Of a stretch of 61,586 bases of DNA, positions 47,577-55,950 are shown one piece after another. How positions within the stretch are numbered: the stretch's first letter is position 1; every line of letters begins with the position of its first letter. The position numbers were made by a program, and so were the translations under genes. The stretch is from Candidatus Thorarchaeota archaeon (GTDB lineage: Archaea > Asgardarchaeota > Thorarchaeia > Thorarchaeales > Thorarchaeaceae), in contig JAGSHN010000024.1 in assembly GCA_029855935.1 (NCBI GenBank), positions 1 to 61,586 on the forward strand, given 5' to 3'. The notes under the pieces are model-generated. The model saw nothing but the letters and a program-made list of their open reading frames with translations. It did not search any database and was not told the origin of the DNA.

Positions 47577-49124
47577 TCACGCATTGAGAATCTCCTCGAG
47601 CTCTCCCGTCTTGCACATCGCTGGCGGCTTTCCCTGTTGGCCTCTCTCCCTGATTATGCTCTCATAGGTGTCCCAGTCCATCTCGCGGAGTTCGGTCGGA
47701 CCAATCGCACCTGTCTCCCTGACCACACGGAACTCCTCGTTTATGCTCTTCATTGCCTCCTCGAAGGTGCTGATGAACTCCTCTCTATCAAGATTAGAGC
47801 TGTCGTAGAAGCAGGCGTAGATGACGTAGTGTCCGATTCCGTCCTCGACGACGGTGGAGACGACGTAGCCCACCAGGGAAGTATCAGTCTTGGCCAGCGC
47901 TGCGGTCAGCGCACTCTCTATGTGGGCCTTGGAGACCTTCTCGCCAGACAGGTTGAGAACATGACCACGCCTGTCTACCGAGCGAATCGTCAGCGGGTCA
48001 GTACGAGCAACTGTCACTAGGTCGCCAATGCGGTATCTGTAGTATCCCTCTGCATTGGTGATCACCATCTCGTACCTCTTACCCGGCTTGAGGTCCGTTA
48101 TCGGTACGGTTTCCGGTTCGACCTCGTCGACCGACTCCACGGGGATGAACTCAAGGTAGTTGAGGTGAGGATACAGCTGCATGCCCTGTATGTCGCCGTA
48201 GAGCTGGCCTGCAAAGATGCCCTCTGAGGCGCCATAGACCTCGCGGATGTCAACCTGTGGAAACATCGCCTTTATCCATGGCCTGTAGGGCTCGGTGTTG
48301 ATGCCGGATGCAAGAAAGAACCTCACGTTCGGCCAGAGCCTACCGACGTCTATCCTGCCCTCGCTGTCCATCACGCTCCGCAGCCTGTCCTCGTACTTTG
48401 TCCCGGAGAATCTCTTCAAGAGCCACGGACCGAGGTCGTTCCGGACCCGACGTATCAGCATCATTGACAGTGAGGTGATTCCCTGAAAACCAGTCACGTT
48501 CTCCCTGACGAGGTACTCGGCATACGCGCGTACCTTGGCCTCCATATCCTGTATGTTGAATATGTCCTCTCCCGGTTTTATCAATCGCCTGAAGATGACA
48601 TTGGCCGTCTTGGCGTAGACTCCTGTCGCATATCCTACGCTGACGCCGTTTATCTCGTCTAGCTTTGAACTTGCACCAAAGGTTATCAGCGAGCCATCAA
48701 GAATCTTCGCATGCTCCGGGTCCTCTGCTATGTAGGACATCCAGACCATTGCGCTACCCGTGGACACATCTTTCAGGCCACGTTTGGTCACTGGCATTCT
48801 CTTCGGTCTGCCCGTACTGCCCGCGGTCTGCAGATAGTAGATTACCGGGTCCGCAGTCAGAACCCGTCCGCGGGGCTGCTGGTAGACCATCTCCAGATAC
48901 GGCTTCAACCTGACCGCATCAGTCAGGGGGACCTTCTGGGAATAGTCCTCGGGGCCCGTGATGCTGTCAAAGCCAAAGCGCCGTCCGTATATGGTGTCCC
49001 TGTTTCGGCGGAGAATCTCCATCAGCTTCTCTTGGGTCACCTCCCACGGGTGATCAAGGATGTACTCGTATTCTCGCATCTTCCTTGATGCCACCAGTGG
49101 GACTATGCGTCGCAACAATCCCAT
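47577..49124 (-). CDS. GH3-family acyl-adenylate/amido synthetase
   Basis: NRDTIYGRRFGF, TAGSTGRPK, YGASEG, YLEFIP, GYYRYRIGD, LSGEK. Confidence 0.92.
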   Translation of the reverse strand: MGLLRRIVPLVASRKMREYEYILDHPWEVTQEKLMEILRRNRDTIYGRRFGFDSITGPEDYSQKVPLTDAVRLKPYLEMVYQQPRGRVLTADPVIYYLQTAGSTGRPKRMPVTKRGLKDVSTGSAMVWMSYIAEDPEHAKILDGSLITFGASSKLDEINGVSVGYATGVYAKTANVIFRRLIKPGEDIFNIQDMEAKVRAYAEYLVRENVTGFQGITSLSMMLIRRVRNDLGPWLLKRFSGTKYEDRLRSVMDSEGRIDVGRLWPNVRFFLASGINTEPYRPWIKAMFPQVDIREVYGASEGIFAGQLYGDIQGMQLYPHLNYLEFIPVESVDEVEPETVPITDLKPGKRYEMVITNAEGYYRYRIGDLVTVARTDPLTIRSVDRRGHVLNLSGEKVSKAHIESALTAALAKTDTSLVGYVVSTVVEDGIGHYVIYACFYDSSNLDREEFISTFEEAMKSINEEFRVVRETGAIGPTELREMDWDTYESIIRERGQQGKPPAMCKTGELEEILNA

Positions 49125-49717
49125 TCTCTTGACCTCCGATACTGTTGGCCAGAACGGGGTTAGTCAGAATGGCATTGGCCTTTGCCACTCAGTGGCCAGG
49201 CTGGTGATAGCAGCGCTCTGTACGTTGTTGGTCCTATGGTTACTCTTTCTACCTTGCGGGGAGCAATGCGACCCGTTGTCTTTGTCATCATCTCTCTGGA
49301 ATTGAGTTCCGGAGAGGGACTGTAACTGTGCCCCTTGTCTTGAGGTAAATCCGTATTCTGACTCCCGCTCCAACCGCTACTGATCGTTCTCTTCTGAGTA
49401 TGTCTCGTGCACATTTACTGATATAAGCAATACGCCCTGTCCTTTTCTGAGAGCAGTCCTCAAGTGGCTAGACTCGTCACTCTGGGTCACGTTCTTCAGA
49501 TAGTGGGAACTCGGGTACACCTCTCATCTCGCGTCTTGGACACTGTTGCGATGGGGCTCACAACGGGCCAAATTCGGGCATCAGATTGGAATTTTCTCGG
49601 CTCATAATGCGTCGCAATGGGATTGTGCCGACGTGGGCCTCTGATTCAGGAGAAATTGGCCGCAGCGGGCCACTCTGGTCACGGCCCAAGACTGAATTTC
49701 TCTGTTGGCCCTTTGTC

Positions 49718-50494
49718 ATGATGGTGAGCAATGTGATCAGGAATCTGACGGAGCAGTTCTCAGAGGCGTGTGACTCCCAGCCCACCATTGCCGGGATGCT
49801 CGACGTGACGAACTACATGCAGGTGTCATTCAATAGTGAGGACTGGACAATCATCCGAGCAAGATTGGGGCGTCCGAGTGAGGGGAAGCGTGCGCCAATT
49901 CTTGTCCTGGTGATAGGCTTCCGCAGCGAGATGCTCCGTCCCTTTGGACAAGTCCGACTACGCTCTGGAGACTATCTCCCCTGCGACATCCCGGGACTAG
50001 TGCCGGGTCTGGCCGCGGTTGTCGATGGACGCCACAGAGGCTTGGTGGCGAATGCGCTGGTCCGGGGGGATGTCACACGAATGGTGCTGGTCTTCGAGGG
50101 CAAGGTGTCGCAGAGCTCACGCAAGGCACTTCGCTCGCTGGCAACGTCTGTGTATAGATTCTTCACCACGTGGAGAGAGTGGCGTCAGGTGCTGCTGGCC
50201 ACAGTGGAGCGAGATCCTGTTGTCAGTGAGTGGCCACTTGACTGGAGAGAGTTCCTTGCGGGTGAGAGCGGCTTTGTTGTTATGCCCTGGTTCAGGCCAA
50301 TGAGTTACTCAGAGCGCGCGACGGCAATGGACCGTGTTGTTCTTGCGGCGCGGGCTCTGCTTGCCTCTGTCCTCTCACAAGAAGGACTGGAGGACCCTCT
50401 CGTAGTCTCACTGCAGCGGTGGCTCGACGATCTGACGCCACTGCCTCAGGTGCTGTACGAGAGTCGCATTCTGGGGGAGGCTGAGGTTCAATGA
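49718..50494 (+). CDS. Hypothetical protein, first gene of the RadA/helicase operon
   Basis: Long ORF, start moved to ATG 49718; ATGA overlap with the next gene. Confidence 0.7.
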   Translation: MMVSNVIRNLTEQFSEACDSQPTIAGMLDVTNYMQVSFNSEDWTIIRARLGRPSEGKRAPILVLVIGFRSEMLRPFGQVRLRSGDYLPCDIPGLVPGLAAVVDGRHRGLVANALVRGDVTRMVLVFEGKVSQSSRKALRSLATSVYRFFTTWREWRQVLLATVERDPVVSEWPLDWREFLAGESGFVVMPWFRPMSYSERATAMDRVVLAARALLASVLSQEGLEDPLVVSLQRWLDDLTPLPQVLYESRILGEAEVQ

Positions 50495-50967
50495 TGACTG
50501 GCCAGATGATGATGGAGCAGCGGCCTTACGTCGATGTTGCCAATCAATTCTCCCAGGGCTGGCTCGGTGGAGCTGCCGCGGGTCTCATCAGCATACGGGG
50601 GTCCGTTGTGAGTCCGCGCTGGATGGACTTCATCGTTCGTGTCACGTCTGCCCTGAAGCGGAGCGGGCGGGTCTTCCCCGTCTGGCCTGGCGAGACGGTA
50701 TCCCCGCCCCGTGGTCAGCCAATCTCGATGTTCGATGCACTCGCAGGGTATGTGAGCCTCACGGGTCGGGTCCGTGATGGATGTCTAGTCTTCCCTGTCC
50801 CCGCACCCAGGGTCTCTGCAGTGCTCAACATGCTGGGCACCGGAACCGCAATGGGCACGGGAGCGAGAACTCTAGTTGTCGTAGACACCGAGTGTCTCTC
50901 TCAGGTGGTGGCCCTGTTACCAGTCGCTGGCCCTGTGAGAGACGATCTTGAGGAGGCGATGTCGTGA
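50491..50967 (+). CDS. Hypothetical protein, possible inactive RecA-fold protein
   Basis: GLISIRGS followed by a helix; later TLVVVD strand; coupled to radA by a GTGA overlap. Confidence 0.55.
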   Translation: MMTGQMMMEQRPYVDVANQFSQGWLGGAAAGLISIRGSVVSPRWMDFIVRVTSALKRSGRVFPVWPGETVSPPRGQPISMFDALAGYVSLTGRVRDGCLVFPVPAPRVSAVLNMLGTGTAMGTGARTLVVVDTECLSQVVALLPVAGPVRDDLEEAMS

Positions 50968-52031
50968 AGCCACTGGAGGAGGTCCGTGGCATAGGCCCCA
51001 CAATTGCTCGGAAGCTGAAGAACGCCTTCATAACAACGGCGGAGCTACTTGCCGTGCAGAACCCCGCAGAGCTACATCAGAAGACAGGTATTGCTGAGGG
51101 CACGGCAAAGAAGATCATCGCGAACGCCAGAGAGGCTCTCGGGCTTCAGGACTTCGTGCCTGGCCTGCAGGTCGAGAAGGAGATGATGGAGCAGCCCAAG
51201 CTGACAACTGGTGTACCAGCAATTGACCAGGCACTGATGGGCGGCATAGAGTCGGGTTCGATTGTCGAGTTCTACGGTCCCGCAAAGGCTGGCAAGACGC
51301 TGTGGTGCTCTCAGTTGGCGGTGAGAGTGCAACTGCCCTTCGAACAGGGTGGTCTTGAGGGGCGTGTACTGTGGCTAGACACAGAGAACGCCTTCAAGCC
51401 TTGGCAGATACGCGCTATGGCAAAGAGGTTCGGTCTGGATCCTGAGGCCGCGCTGGGGAACATCCGGAGGGCGAAGGTGATTCTCTCAGCGCAGATAATT
51501 GACATCTTTGAGTCGATCCCGCAGAGGTGCGCGGAGGAGGATGTCCGGCTTGTAGTCATCGACTCGCTTGTCGGCCTATTTCGTGCCGAGTATGTTGGCC
51601 TTGATCTGCTGCGGCTGAGGCAACAGGACCTCAATCGTCTACTGAACCTGATGCGAAGGACCTCTGCGGCAACGGGCGCGGTGTTTGTGTACACCAATCA
51701 GGTGATGGCCTCCATCGGCACATGGGGATCGAGCGGGATTGCTCCCGCGGGCGGACACATTCTCTCGCACGGCTCCGACTATCGCTTCAGGCTGACGGCG
51801 CGCAAGGATGACTTGCGTTCAATCACGCTTGTTGACAATGCTGGTGTGCCCGAGTTCTCCATTGTGCTTCGCGTCGGGTGGGGCGGCTTCTATCCAGACC
51901 CGAAGGAGAAGAAGAGCGCTGAGCCTGAGATACTCGAGTACCTGTCAGAGGCAGGATACAGATGGCGTAGTGTTGACGACAAGACCGAGCCTGCCAGGGC
52001 CAAGATTGAGTCAAAGGAGGTCCGGACATGA
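50964..52031 (+). CDS. RadA/Rad51-family recombinase paralog with N-terminal HhH domain
   Basis: RGIGPTIARKL, GPAKAGKT, LDTENAF, LVVIDS, FRAEYVG...RQQ, TNQV, GGHILSH. Confidence 0.92.
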   Translation: MKPLEEVRGIGPTIARKLKNAFITTAELLAVQNPAELHQKTGIAEGTAKKIIANAREALGLQDFVPGLQVEKEMMEQPKLTTGVPAIDQALMGGIESGSIVEFYGPAKAGKTLWCSQLAVRVQLPFEQGGLEGRVLWLDTENAFKPWQIRAMAKRFGLDPEAALGNIRRAKVILSAQIIDIFESIPQRCAEEDVRLVVIDSLVGLFRAEYVGLDLLRLRQQDLNRLLNLMRRTSAATGAVFVYTNQVMASIGTWGSSGIAPAGGHILSHGSDYRFRLTARKDDLRSITLVDNAGVPEFSIVLRVGWGGFYPDPKEKKSAEPEILEYLSEAGYRWRSVDDKTEPARAKIESKEVRT

Positions 52032-52486
52032 GCGGGCACGCTGGTCGCAACGAGCGCGGGATGTTCAGGGTCTATAGGTGCAGGTCATGTCGCCACGTTG
52101 GGTATGATAGAGTTGAGTCTGAGGAGGATACCACCCACTGCCCGCTGTGCGGTGCTGCTGTGGAGGACGACCCCTCGGTGGTCTACGTCGCGACACTGAG
52201 CGAGGCGGAGGATTTGATGCGCCAAATGGTCCTGACATCTAGATCGGTACATACCGCGAGGGCTGCCTTTCCGCGCAACCTCGGTGTCAAGAGGCGAGTT
52301 GAGAACATCATCCGCGACCTGATTGCTCTCAATCGAGGCCGTCCGGTCAGTCTCTCTGTCGTGCTTCAGGAGTGTTCGTATGCGGGTATTGCCCCTGAAC
52401 GGGCGGTGCGTTTTATGGCCGCACTTGAGGCTGAGGGCCGGATTCGTAATGATGGGCTGGTTGTAGAAGTAACGGAGGAGTGGTAG
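52028..52486 (+). CDS. Zn-ribbon plus winged-helix protein
   Basis: CRSC...CPLC; C-terminal wHTH-like ...FMAALEAEGRI. Confidence 0.72.
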   Translation: MSGHAGRNERGMFRVYRCRSCRHVGYDRVESEEDTTHCPLCGAAVEDDPSVVYVATLSEAEDLMRQMVLTSRSVHTARAAFPRNLGVKRRVENIIRDLIALNRGRPVSLSVVLQECSYAGIAPERAVRFMAALEAEGRIRNDGLVVEVTEEW

Positions 52487-52490
52487 TCAG

Positions 52491-53120
52491 ATGGTAGTGA
52501 GTGACAGCGCGGCTCCAGACACGCTGGCGGAACGCGGGCGCCACCGGAGGACCATTGCGGGAAAATCGTTGCTGAACCTCACGAATCTCCTGTTGCGACA
52601 GACCGACCATCGTGTCGTCACGCTGCAGCGAGATACAGAACCAGATCCCGAGATCTACGTTGTGACCCGGGTCGAGTGGAGGGACCCCAGTGTTCATCGC
52701 CCGGTCTTGCCCCAGCTACCGCGACTTCTGTCGGTGCTTGAGGCGCTCAGAGGTACTCAGGGAGTCCCCACTGAGATATACCTTGACAGCACGGAAGGCC
52801 TCACGGTCTATCTGAGGACTGGCGTTAGGCTCTCGGAGCTACCAGCCAGTTCGAGAGATGCTGTCGCGCTACTGACTGGGGTGGTACACCGCACAGTGTC
52901 TCATCTGTATTCCACGGTGCGTGATGTAGAGGAGTACTTCTGGATGGCGGCTCGGAGGCACGGTTTCAGTCCCGAGATTGTGGAGAAGATGGCGCTGGGA
53001 GTGAGGCACTTCGACTCTCCGGCGCTCCGACTGCGGTTCTCTGAGCTGATGCATTCCTACTTCTCAATCCGTTTCCGAATACATCGCGCAGAGGGCTGCC
53101 TCAGAGTCGAGGGAGGCTGA
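52491..53120 (+). CDS. Hypothetical protein
   Basis: 209-aa ORF inside the operon, with SD GGAGG. Confidence 0.7.
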   Translation: MVVSDSAAPDTLAERGRHRRTIAGKSLLNLTNLLLRQTDHRVVTLQRDTEPDPEIYVVTRVEWRDPSVHRPVLPQLPRLLSVLEALRGTQGVPTEIYLDSTEGLTVYLRTGVRLSELPASSRDAVALLTGVVHRTVSHLYSTVRDVEEYFWMAARRHGFSPEIVEKMALGVRHFDSPALRLRFSELMHSYFSIRFRIHRAEGCLRVEGG

Positions 53121-53127
53121 TCACACC

Positions 53128-55083
53128 GTGGCTGCGACGACGAGCGATCCGATGCGGTACTTTCCCTACGTGCCGAGGCCGCATCAGGACAGGGCCGTTC
53201 GTCTTGCGGCCAACGTGTTCTCACGTGGAGGCGTCGGCCTGTTGTCGGCAGACTGTGGTGTGGGCAAGACCATTGCAGTGTTGGCCGGTTACCTAGCAGC
53301 GAGAGCTGAACAGCCCGGGTCACGCCTGTTCATACTCACCAGAACACACTCTCAGACAAGTGTCTTCGAGTCGGAGATTGCCGTTCTTCGATCCTCCTAC
53401 GGTCACATCACCGCGACGTCCCTTGTGTCGAGAGCGCATATGTGCCCCATGCGGGAAATGATGGGAGAGACCTCCCTAGCTGGCTTTCTTCGGACATGCG
53501 CCCTATACATACGTTCCGGTAGGTGTTCGTACTTCTGGGACCTCTACAGAAGAGGTCCTGAGGGCCGTGTGCTCAGAGACGATGCGCGGGAACTGGTCGA
53601 CGAACTCCTCTCGGGCGGTGTAGTCACGCGTGCTGTAGTTGAGGCTGCCTCCGAGGACAATGCAGTCTGTCCCTATGAGCTTCTCCGCTGCGCTGCTCGC
53701 GAGAGCAGGATTGTCATCGGCCCCTACCCTTACCTCTTCAAGTCCACAGTCCGGCGCGCAACTCTGGCCTCATTGGGTATCACGCTGGACGACCTTGACA
53801 TAATAGTCGACGAGGCGCACAACCTCCCTGAACACGTTCTTGAGGCCGAGACCGCACGTCTCTCCGCTCACGATCTGCTGTGGCTGAGAGAGAACCTGGA
53901 TGATGTCTGCAAGATGACGGGCATCTCGTGGACGGGAGATGTCGTGGACTTCTTCTGGGAGTCGATGATGACGGCATTGGACCGGGTCGCGGACAGTTCG
54001 GAGATACGTCTTGAGAAGTGGGATGTGGCTCCTAGATTTGTGCAGCCTCGTGATCTTGACGCCCTGGCAGAATCGGCACGGCCAGACATCACCGACCCGG
54101 ACGGCGCGGTCAATGCCGAGACGCCGCTTGACCGGCTCATCGAGTTCCTCTATGCTGCACTCCACACGGTGCAGAGTGAGGACTGGCTTGTGACTCTCAA
54201 CATAGCTCCACATGGCGATGACACTCCGAAGTTTATGAGCGCCAGTCTGACTGTGCGGCCATTCAACGCGGCTGCCTTGGCTGGTCCTGTTCTCAGGGGT
54301 GCTCGAGCTGCGCTGTTAATGTCCGGCACCCTGAGACCTGTCAGGCACTACTCCACACTCCTCGGAATCCCTGACGCAGTGGCCGAGGAGCTGGCAAGTC
54401 CCTATCCTCAGGGGACGAGGATGGTCTTGGTCGACACGGTCCTCTCGACCAAATACCGCGAGCGGTCTGACGACCTCTGGAGACTCGTAGCGGAACGGAT
54501 TGGCGCAGTCCTCTCAACGGTCCCAGCGGAGAAGAGCGCGCTGATTGCCTTTCCCAGCTATGCAGTCATGCGCGAGGTGTTGGTGTATGCGCCCGACACA
54601 GGTTTTCGTACGCCTCTTGTTGAGTCACCTCGATCTCAGCTCGCTGAACTCGCTGACGCCATCGCAACGGGGCCTCACGCAATCTTCTGCGTCTATGGCG
54701 GAAAGTTCTCGGAGGGTGTGGACCTTGTCGAGAGCGGGTCGAGCATGATTGATGTCATTGTTGGTGTTGGTATACCTTTCTCTCCGCCGTCTTCGTATCA
54801 GCTCGCGCTCCAGAGGTGGCTGGATGAGAGGTTTGGGAGGGGCATGGGGTACTACTATGCCACGACTATTCCCTCGTTACGGAAGGTGACGCAGCTGATA
54901 GGACGGCTGCGCCGTTCCCCGTCGGACTGGGGGATTGTCGTGCTCATTGACAGACGATTCCTTCGTCATCTCTCGCTATTGGGCGAGGATGTGTATGCGG
55001 ATCTGTGGCCGTACTCCACGGTCGAGGAGTTGACTTACGCAATCGCCGAGTATCTTCGTCTGAAGGGGGCTGGTGCAATTTGA
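53128..55083 (+). CDS. XPD/Rad3/DinG-family Fe-S DNA helicase
   Basis: RPHQ, CGVGKT, four Fe-S Cys (MCP, RTC, RCSY, CPY), DEAH, MSGTL, SEGVD, QLIGR. Confidence 0.93.
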   Translation: MAATTSDPMRYFPYVPRPHQDRAVRLAANVFSRGGVGLLSADCGVGKTIAVLAGYLAARAEQPGSRLFILTRTHSQTSVFESEIAVLRSSYGHITATSLVSRAHMCPMREMMGETSLAGFLRTCALYIRSGRCSYFWDLYRRGPEGRVLRDDARELVDELLSGGVVTRAVVEAASEDNAVCPYELLRCAARESRIVIGPYPYLFKSTVRRATLASLGITLDDLDIIVDEAHNLPEHVLEAETARLSAHDLLWLRENLDDVCKMTGISWTGDVVDFFWESMMTALDRVADSSEIRLEKWDVAPRFVQPRDLDALAESARPDITDPDGAVNAETPLDRLIEFLYAALHTVQSEDWLVTLNIAPHGDDTPKFMSASLTVRPFNAAALAGPVLRGARAALLMSGTLRPVRHYSTLLGIPDAVAEELASPYPQGTRMVLVDTVLSTKYRERSDDLWRLVAERIGAVLSTVPAEKSALIAFPSYAVMREVLVYAPDTGFRTPLVESPRSQLAELADAIATGPHAIFCVYGGKFSEGVDLVESGSSMIDVIVGVGIPFSPPSSYQLALQRWLDERFGRGMGYYYATTIPSLRKVTQLIGRLRRSPSDWGIVVLIDRRFLRHLSLLGEDVYADLWPYSTVEELTYAIAEYLRLKGAGAI

Positions 55084-55673
55084 GATGGCGCGACAGCAGC
55101 TATACTGTCTACTATCTTCTTGGCGCGATTGTCACTGGTACGCTAGTCCGGCTCATACTGCTGGATCAGAGCATCGTCTCTGCAGCAATGGTCGCTGTCG
55201 CGGCGGTCCTCTCCACGGCAGTCGCATTGCTCATCCGGAGCGACTATTCTCCGGTCGTACTGTGGAATCCGCGTCTGAAGACGATGGCTGTGATTCGGCG
55301 CTGGTCGGTTGAGGTGAGCGCTGGTTGTCTCTTCTCCAGCGTCCCAATGGGGATTGACCTGAGCCGCAGCGCAAAGTTTCTCCTCAGAACACTTCACGGC
55401 CTCTTCGGGCGCGGCGAAAACTCGTCACTGCGATTCTTTGTAGTCCGTCCCCTCGGTGACGAGCCCACCCGCGTCGGGTTGATGCTGACTCGTCGTATGC
55501 TGTGTCTTGGCAACGTGACTTCAAAGGTCGCCAGTCTGGCAGAGACGGTCAGCAGGGAGCTCACTAGTCTGGAGAGCGCCGTCCGGTCGGTCTATCCTCA
55601 TACTCCTGTTGACATTGCGGATCGCGACGACCTCATACACGTCTATTCTGGAGGTGCGCCCAGTGCTGCCTGA
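55080..55673 (+). CDS. Membrane protein (2 TM plus alpha/beta domain; PrgI/VirB3-like position)
   Basis: TTG 55080 overlaps the XPD stop (TTGA); N-terminal TM hairpin. Confidence 0.68.
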   Translation: MRWRDSSYTVYYLLGAIVTGTLVRLILLDQSIVSAAMVAVAAVLSTAVALLIRSDYSPVVLWNPRLKTMAVIRRWSVEVSAGCLFSSVPMGIDLSRSAKFLLRTLHGLFGRGENSSLRFFVVRPLGDEPTRVGLMLTRRMLCLGNVTSKVASLAETVSRELTSLESAVRSVYPHTPVDIADRDDLIHVYSGGAPSAA

Positions 55674-55950
55674 GTGTCTGTCGTCTGCTCGCAGAATAGC
55701 CCTGCCCTCGGGGCTACGCACAGAGTCTGTGATGAGTCTGCTCAGGCGCTCTCTGTCGTATCACTGGCTGATTGTCCTTCGGACGCCGCAGCTGGTGGCA
55801 TACGGCCTGCCGCCACACGATGCTGTCTCGGCACTTGCGATTATCGGCAGGGATCTCTTCGTCATTCAAGACGATGGTGGCAGCACGATGTCCGCGTTGG
55901 CACGTCTGCTGGCCGCACTATCTGCATCGCAGGAGGTGAGTCAACGATGA
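55663..55950 (+). CDS. Small hypothetical protein
   Basis: GTG 55663 after GGAGGTG; the stop overlaps the next ATG (ATGA). Confidence 0.6.
   Translation: MLPECLSSARRIALPSGLRTESVMSLLRRSLSYHWLIVLRTPQLVAYGLPPHDAVSALAIIGRDLFVIQDDGGSTMSALARLLAALSASQEVSQR

Noticed and set aside
55674-55946. N-terminal extension of the 878-aa ORF
   Set aside because: A better start exists at ATG 55947 after GGAGGTGA, and this region encodes ORF 55663-55950 in another frame.
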